Part shown: positions 58,838 through 64,000 of the stretch, one piece after another | How the letters are laid out: each line of letters opens with the position of its first letter | How positions within the stretch are numbered: the stretch's first letter is position 1 | DNA from: Gammaproteobacteria bacterium | Lineage (GTDB): Bacteria > Pseudomonadota > Gammaproteobacteria > JAJDYQ01 | Reading direction: 5' to 3' | Length of the DNA: 64,000 nt | Assembly: GCA_963662865.1 (NCBI GenBank) | Contig: OY759969.1 | Span: 2,287,742-2,351,741, forward strand | The notes under the pieces: generated by a model | Database searches by the model: none | What the model was told of the DNA's origin: nothing | Seen by the model: the letters and a program-made list of their open reading frames with translations, nothing else | Position numbers and translations under genes: made by a program

Positions 58838-60955
58838 TCAGGTCGTCAGCTTTCTGTAGATATCGGACACCTTGAGCGGCAGTCGAGTGACATCATCGAC
58901 CAGCGTATAATTGACCGCGCCGTACATACGCGGCAGATACTCAGGCCCATGTCGGTCTATCGTGATACAGAATGGATGGATGCCGGCATACCGGGCTTCA
59001 ATTAACGCCTTACGGGTATCTTCAATGCCATAATCACCGCGATAATGGTCAATATCGTCCGGCTTACCATCGGATAGCGTTATCAACATGCGCGTCTTGG
59101 CCACCTGTTCCTTTAATAGCTTTGTGAGATGGCGGATAGTCACGCCCATACGGGTATATTCCTGCGGTTCGATATTCGCGATACGCGCCTTCACATCGTC
59201 TGTATAACTTTCTGCAAAGGACTTTATTCGGTACAACTCGCATTTTTTACGGGTATTGCCGGAGAAGCCATAAATCGCATAACGGTCGCCAAGGCATTCT
59301 AGTGCCTCACACAACAGGATCAGGGACTCACGTTCGGCGTCGTTAATCCAGCCACGGGTTGAACCACTCATATCCACCATAAAAGCAACCGCGATATTCC
59401 GTTCACTACGATGCATACGGGTAAACAGCCGATCAGTCATTTCAGCCCCGTCCCTGGCGGCTGCCATGGCCTCAATCAGGGCGTCAATATCGACGTCACT
59501 GCCATTGGCCTGGCGTTTTAACAGGCGGTCTTCGTCGCGCATGGCCTCAAATGTTTTACGTAAACGCCCGGTCAGTCCATGATATTTTGCGATGGTATGA
59601 CGGGCGAACTCACGGTCACCTGGCTCTACCTCCCGTTCACGTAACACACACCAACGCTTGCGGTAATGACCACGTTTTACGTCCCATTCATCATAAAACT
59701 CGGCATCTCCTTCGTGCCAGATGCCTTGCCAGGCCTCATCAGGGATGGCCTCGTGGAACAGGGTCGGGTCATACTCGCCGTCACCCGCCGGTGTCAGGTA
59801 TTCGTCCGGGATTCGGCCGAAATCAAGTTGTATTGACGTGAACAGATTTCGCACCGCTGTCGGCGGTGCAATGGACACATCATCCAGCGTGAGCTCATAC
59901 ATGCCCGGCTCAAGGATATCGTTTTCGTCCCGTTGGCCGGGTTCCCTTGCCTTTTCCTTCAGGCCAAACCTGCGATCCTCCTTTCTCCTGCCATCAGGCG
60001 TAACCTCATCGAGCATGTCGGCAAGCTTCAGGCGAAGCAATGCCTTTTCATGTTCGATACGCGCCCGCATGACCTCTTCAGTCTCGTGTAATCGCAGCTC
60101 ACCCTGGTAGCAAACCGGCGAGGGGAGTTCTGATGCATAAAACCGTTCAACCAGACTGAGCGAGTCCGCCGCGGTGGCATCGGTGTTGCCAAGCAGGGTA
60201 AGCCCATCCTGCCATTCCTGCGGGCAGGTTCGCTGTCCCAGCTGATTTTTTATATCCAGCATACGACGATAAAGCCCCGGCAGTTCACGCTCAATACAGG
60301 CCTCCAGTCGATAAGTCTCTAACTGATGATACAACGCAATCGCCTTGTCATTATCCTCATACTGCTGCAATACACCAAGCGGTTGGTGGCGAAAGGTACC
60401 AAAGCGGGTCTGTGCCCATTGCAAAGTCACGATTGACTTGAACAGATTGAAATTATCCTCTCTGGTTTCCAGGACTGAGACCACTTTCGGCAGATACAGC
60501 GTCTCGCTATCCGTATAGGTATGGTCTTTTAATTCAAGTTTTAATTCGCGCCCGGAAAGCCCATGGACAAAATTGCCCAGAACACCGCGTACCTCGCTAT
60601 AAACGCTGCCTACCTTTCGCTGACGGCTCAGTTCAACATAGTCTTCAACCTGACGTATAACTTCCATGGCGGGGTACAGCCCGGAAGTGTCATAAACGTC
60701 AAGCGTATAGACCGCCCATTCCTCAATGGTCTGACGATCCATATCGTCAATGACCCGCACGACATTGGCAATAAACTGATGCGCCAACTCCACCTGGGTA
60801 CTCGCCAGACTCTTTCCCCAGGCGAGTATAAAACTCTGATGCCGTTCTTCCAGCGGCAACAATACCCGGGCAAGCTCATCCGTACGTATAAACGTAAATT
60901 CGGCTTCCAGATATTCATCAAGCCGCGCGATAATCTCCTGCTCAGTCAGTTTCAC
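58838..60955 (-). CDS. cbbO: CbbO/NorD-type von Willebrand factor A domain protein (partner of CbbQ/NorQ ATPases)
   Basis: C-terminal VWA domain VAFMVDMSGST ... LITLSDGKPDD. The long alpha-helical N-terminal region is typical of CbbO/NorD. 705 aa. Confidence 0.65.
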   Translation of the reverse strand: MKLTEQEIIARLDEYLEAEFTFIRTDELARVLLPLEERHQSFILAWGKSLASTQVELAHQFIANVVRVIDDMDRQTIEEWAVYTLDVYDTSGLYPAMEVIRQVEDYVELSRQRKVGSVYSEVRGVLGNFVHGLSGRELKLELKDHTYTDSETLYLPKVVSVLETREDNFNLFKSIVTLQWAQTRFGTFRHQPLGVLQQYEDNDKAIALYHQLETYRLEACIERELPGLYRRMLDIKNQLGQRTCPQEWQDGLTLLGNTDATAADSLSLVERFYASELPSPVCYQGELRLHETEEVMRARIEHEKALLRLKLADMLDEVTPDGRRKEDRRFGLKEKAREPGQRDENDILEPGMYELTLDDVSIAPPTAVRNLFTSIQLDFGRIPDEYLTPAGDGEYDPTLFHEAIPDEAWQGIWHEGDAEFYDEWDVKRGHYRKRWCVLREREVEPGDREFARHTIAKYHGLTGRLRKTFEAMRDEDRLLKRQANGSDVDIDALIEAMAAARDGAEMTDRLFTRMHRSERNIAVAFMVDMSGSTRGWINDAERESLILLCEALECLGDRYAIYGFSGNTRKKCELYRIKSFAESYTDDVKARIANIEPQEYTRMGVTIRHLTKLLKEQVAKTRMLITLSDGKPDDIDHYRGDYGIEDTRKALIEARYAGIHPFCITIDRHGPEYLPRMYGAVNYTLVDDVTRLPLKVSDIYRKLTT

Positions 60956-61423
60956 TCAAGTACCTCTGAACCAGCTACAGGATGCCGGCAGTAATCGTTA
61001 TTCACGGAAATTCAGTAGGAGACAGCGTCATTCATGGAATGCGGCTTTTAATTACACCATAATTTAAGGAAGCTCTGAACCGGTCCATCCTGGGCCTGAG
61101 CAAAGCACGGGCGGACTCATTGCCGGGCTTGTCCAGAATTTCTCCGGATGAACGCGCATAATGAACGCTGTAATCGCACCCGCCAAGGGGCAGCCTGTCG
61201 ATTTCCATGAAGATCGGTTATTCACCAGACTTTCAGGCATTTAACCGGCGTCTGGTGGGTGGACTGATTGTTTGCAATACTGTTCTGCCATGCCGTAGTT
61301 TCGGCCTCCAACCTCTGCTACAATGGTTCACTCGACATTATCCCAAGTGCTAGAGGCACTGGTCAAATACAATGATTGTCAAGGAACTGGAATACGATAT
61401 AGAAAACGATCTATGGGGCTTGA

Positions 61424-62479
61424 TTGATAGTGCCATATGATCAGTTACTCATGGTTGCAATATTATTCATGATGTTTATGGCCTCTTGGGCCATAACGTA
61501 TCATTTATCGTGCAGCCAATCAAAGCTGCGGATTATGGACGAACCAAACAGCCGCTCCCTGCATACAACGCCGACCCCTCGGACAGGAGGACTGGCTATT
61601 TATATCACTGTACTATCGGGTATTTTTTGTAACTACTTCATGTACGATCAGGCATCGCTTTTAATATTGTATGGCTTGCTGGCTACCATGCTGACGATAG
61701 TTGCTTTTGCGGACGACCTCTATGATTTATCCGCCCTTATAAGATTGATTGTCCATGTGGTAGTGGCTGGATATATCGTGTGGAAAGGTATGGTGCTTTC
61801 TGTAATATCATTTCCCGGAATTCAATGGGCACTTGCAGACTGGTTATCGATTATGGTGACCATCATATACATTGTCTGGATTATCAATTTGTATAATTTC
61901 ATGGACGGCATGGATGGGCTTGCCGGCGGCATGTCTGTTATTGGTTTCGGCACTTACGCCGTATTGTCCTATATCAAGGGCGACGATTTGTTGTTATTTA
62001 TGAGTTTAGGCCTGACTGTATCGACCGCAGGATTTCTTCGCTATAATCTGCCGCCTGCAAAGATATTTATGGGCGATGTGGGTTCTTGTTTGCTTGGTTT
62101 TTCGGTTGCCATATTATCCCTGTATGCGCATAATGAAGATGTTATCCCTATCTGGTTGTCAGTTATTATTTTCTCCCCTTTTATTATTGATGCATCGCTG
62201 ACGTTGATTAAGCGCATATATCGAAGAGAAAGATTCTGGCAGGCTCATAAAAGCCATTATTTTCAAATAACAGTTCGGTCAGGGTGGGGACATACCAAGA
62301 CGGTACTTGCCGAGTACATCATTATGCTGACTGTCTCTTTATGTGCGATATTCATCATTGATGCGGAGGTTTCTGTCCAGATAATCGTTTTTTCACTTTT
62401 ATTAATGGCTTATATGATGATTATTTTTTTGATAGAAACCAAACTCATAAAATACCTGAGGACAGAGGAAACACCTTGA
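61424..62479 (+). CDS. glycosyltransferase family 4 polyprenyl-phosphate sugar-phosphate transferase (WecA/WbpL/MraY family)
   Basis: Polytopic membrane protein with FADDLYD and INLYNFMDGMDGLAGG motifs. Confidence 0.75.
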   Translation: MIVPYDQLLMVAILFMMFMASWAITYHLSCSQSKLRIMDEPNSRSLHTTPTPRTGGLAIYITVLSGIFCNYFMYDQASLLILYGLLATMLTIVAFADDLYDLSALIRLIVHVVVAGYIVWKGMVLSVISFPGIQWALADWLSIMVTIIYIVWIINLYNFMDGMDGLAGGMSVIGFGTYAVLSYIKGDDLLLFMSLGLTVSTAGFLRYNLPPAKIFMGDVGSCLLGFSVAILSLYAHNEDVIPIWLSVIIFSPFIIDASLTLIKRIYRRERFWQAHKSHYFQITVRSGWGHTKTVLAEYIIMLTVSLCAIFIIDAEVSVQIIVFSLLLMAYMMIIFLIETKLIKYLRTEETP

Positions 62480-62543
62480 AGCAATATTCAGGAAAACGCT
62501 TTGTGTTATTTTTACATGATATTACGGCGGCACCGATATCATC

Positions 62544-63446
62544 ATGACACAATCGACCATCAGCAAGGCCGTTTTTCCTGTTGGCGGGCTTGGCACTCGT
62601 TTTCTGCCGGCAACCAAAGCGATTGCAAAGGAGATGCTGCCCATAGTGGATAAGCCATTAATCCAGTACGCAGTTGAAGAAGCGATGGAGGCGGGCTGCA
62701 CCAATATGATTTTCATAACCGGACGAACTAAAAGATCCATTGAAGATCATTTTGATGCGGCTGTAGAGTTGGAAAACGAACTGGAGATAAAACAAAAGAC
62801 CGAGCTCCTGGAGATTATCCGCAACATTATTCCATCGTATGTAAGCTGTAGTTTCATACGACAATCCCATCCTCGGGGTTTAGGTCATGCGGTATTATGC
62901 GCCAGACCGATTGTCGGCAATGATCCCTTTATGGTGGTACTGTCGGATGACATGATTGATTCTGAAACAGGCTGTTTGAAACAGATGATCGATGTACAGC
63001 GCCAGACCGGTGGTAATATGATCGCAGTAGATGAAGTGCCCATGGAAAATATCACGGCTTATGGTGTAGTTGATGTTGATAACACCGAAAGTAATCCTAT
63101 GCGCCTGCAACACATTATCGAGAAACCATCGCAGACACAAGCACCATCAAATCTGGCCGTTATCGGGCGCTATATTCTGCAACCCGGGATATTCCCTATC
63201 CTCGAAAAGATCAGACCAAGCATTGGCAGTGAAATCCAGTTAACCGATGCCATAGAAATCCTGGCCCGGCAGCAGGCTGTTCATGCCTTCCGCTTTGACG
63301 GAACCCGATATGACTGTGGGTCGAAACTTGGCTTCTTAAAAGCGATGGTCAAGTATGCGATGAAACATCCGGACCTGGCTGGCGACTTCAAGAAGTATCT
63401 TAAGTCTACGGTCGGGGCTGCGGATGAAACGAAAAAGGCCACATAA
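62544..63446 (+). CDS. galU: UTP--glucose-1-phosphate uridylyltransferase
   Basis: KAVFPVGGLGTRFLPATKAIAKEMLPIVDKPLIQY. Confidence 0.9.
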   Translation: MTQSTISKAVFPVGGLGTRFLPATKAIAKEMLPIVDKPLIQYAVEEAMEAGCTNMIFITGRTKRSIEDHFDAAVELENELEIKQKTELLEIIRNIIPSYVSCSFIRQSHPRGLGHAVLCARPIVGNDPFMVVLSDDMIDSETGCLKQMIDVQRQTGGNMIAVDEVPMENITAYGVVDVDNTESNPMRLQHIIEKPSQTQAPSNLAVIGRYILQPGIFPILEKIRPSIGSEIQLTDAIEILARQQAVHAFRFDGTRYDCGSKLGFLKAMVKYAMKHPDLAGDFKKYLKSTVGAADETKKAT

Positions 63447-63458
63447 AGAGGCCTTTTC
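63432..63458 (+). terminator. bidirectional rho-independent terminator between galU and tRNA-Asn
   Basis: AAAAAGGCC-acataaagaG-GCCTTTT. Confidence 0.6.
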
Positions 63459-63464
63459 GTTGAA

Positions 63465-63540
63465 TGGCTCCCCCGGCCGGGCTCGAACCAGCGACCCAAT
63501 GATTAACAGTCATTTGCTCTACCAACTGAGCTACAGGGGA
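63465..63540 (-). tRNA. tRNA-Asn (GTT)
   Basis: Reverse complement TCCCCTGTAGCTCAGTTGGTAGAGCAAATGACTGTTAATCATTGGGTCGCTGGTTCGAGCCCGGCCGGGGGAGCCA. GTT anticodon in the CTGTTAA loop, with an encoded CCA end. The plus-strand ORF 63424..63660 (…LLYQLSYRG…) is the usual tRNA translation artefact. Confidence 0.9.
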
Positions 63541-63642
63541 TTGGTAAGAGAATTAATCCTACTGAAACAGCGTGATTTTCGCAATCCCTGGAAGATATTT
63601 TTTACTAATTCCGGAGGGGAGCCTGATTTAATCAGAACCCCC

Positions 63643-64000
63643 TTAAGTCAATGCAGATAATATCCTTTGAACTGCGGATTCCAGGTTCTCCATACTGGTT
63701 GCAAAAGATACGCGAAAATTACCCGGAGAACCAAAGGCGCTGCCCGGCACGATTGCAACACCTCCTTCATTAATCAGAAAAGAAGCCAACTCAAGGTCAT
63801 TTTCCAAATCGGGCTTATTCGCTATTGCCTCGCTGGCATTGGGGAAAGCATAAAAAGTGCCATCGCCGGTCAGACAGGATATTCCCAGGATCTGGTTAAA
63901 GGCATCAACGACGTAATCATGACGCCTTTTGAATTCAGCAACCATACTGGCAACACATGTCTGACTGCCGTTCAGGGCCGCTACAGATGCCGCTTGGGAA
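63643..64000 (-). CDS. class I/II aminotransferase, C-terminal part (gene continues beyond window end)
   Basis: C-terminal sequence GGVAIVPGSAFGSPGNFRVSFATSMENLESAV, typical of aspartate/aromatic aminotransferases. Confidence 0.7.
   Translation of the reverse strand, partial: SQAASVAALNGSQTCVASMVAEFKRRHDYVVDAFNQILGISCLTGDGTFYAFPNASEAIANKPDLENDLELASFLINEGGVAIVPGSAFGSPGNFRVSFATSMENLESAVQRILSALT

Noticed and set aside
63424-63660. 78-aa plus-strand ORF containing …GSPGRARTSDPMINSHLLYQLSYRG…
   Set aside because: This is the classic translation of a tRNA gene's complementary strand. The real feature is tRNA-Asn on the minus strand.

Overview
The window reads as chromosomal DNA from a proteobacterial chemolithoautotroph-like genome of mid-to-high GC. 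The housekeeping backbone includes the tail of a [NiFe]-hydrogenase operon with its HupD-type protease, cbbQ with cbbO about 50 kb away, hisBHAFE, gmk, cca, ridA, recG, trmL, engB, tolC, an LPS-core block (waaA, hldE, lpxL, Kdo/LPS kinases), moeB, prmC, cysQ, djlA, rpe, gph, trpEG-trpD-trpC, cmoAB, galU and tRNA-Asn. Several visibly AT-rich accessory insertions interrupt this backbone. (1) A degenerate integron runs from about 2.6 to 8.1 kb. Its intI pseudogene is split by a duplicated fragment of a neighbouring gene, and it carries at least three cassettes bounded by a conserved attC family (CTAACAA...GTTAGSC), including a NERD/zinc-finger protein and an AlkD-like protein. (2) A Type III R-M locus spans 23.9 to 32.7 kb. 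Its mod and res genes are separated by two embedded gene modules: an ABC-type AAA ATPase with a small PD-(D/E)xK protein, and a His/Cys-rich 159-aa protein with a 264-aa protein. A chimeric res-5'/mod-3' remnant lies between the two modules. This is the best candidate for an undescribed defence arrangement. (3) A dCTP-deaminase/dUTPase-fold protein fused to a coiled-coil and two C-terminal TM helices sits in a 1.3-kb insertion flanked by imperfect direct repeats. (4) The trp operon is interrupted twice: by IS5-family transposase remnants carrying a GT10 fucosyltransferase between trpG and trpD, and by an Mrr-family restriction gene between trpD and trpC. No CRISPR array or rRNA was seen.
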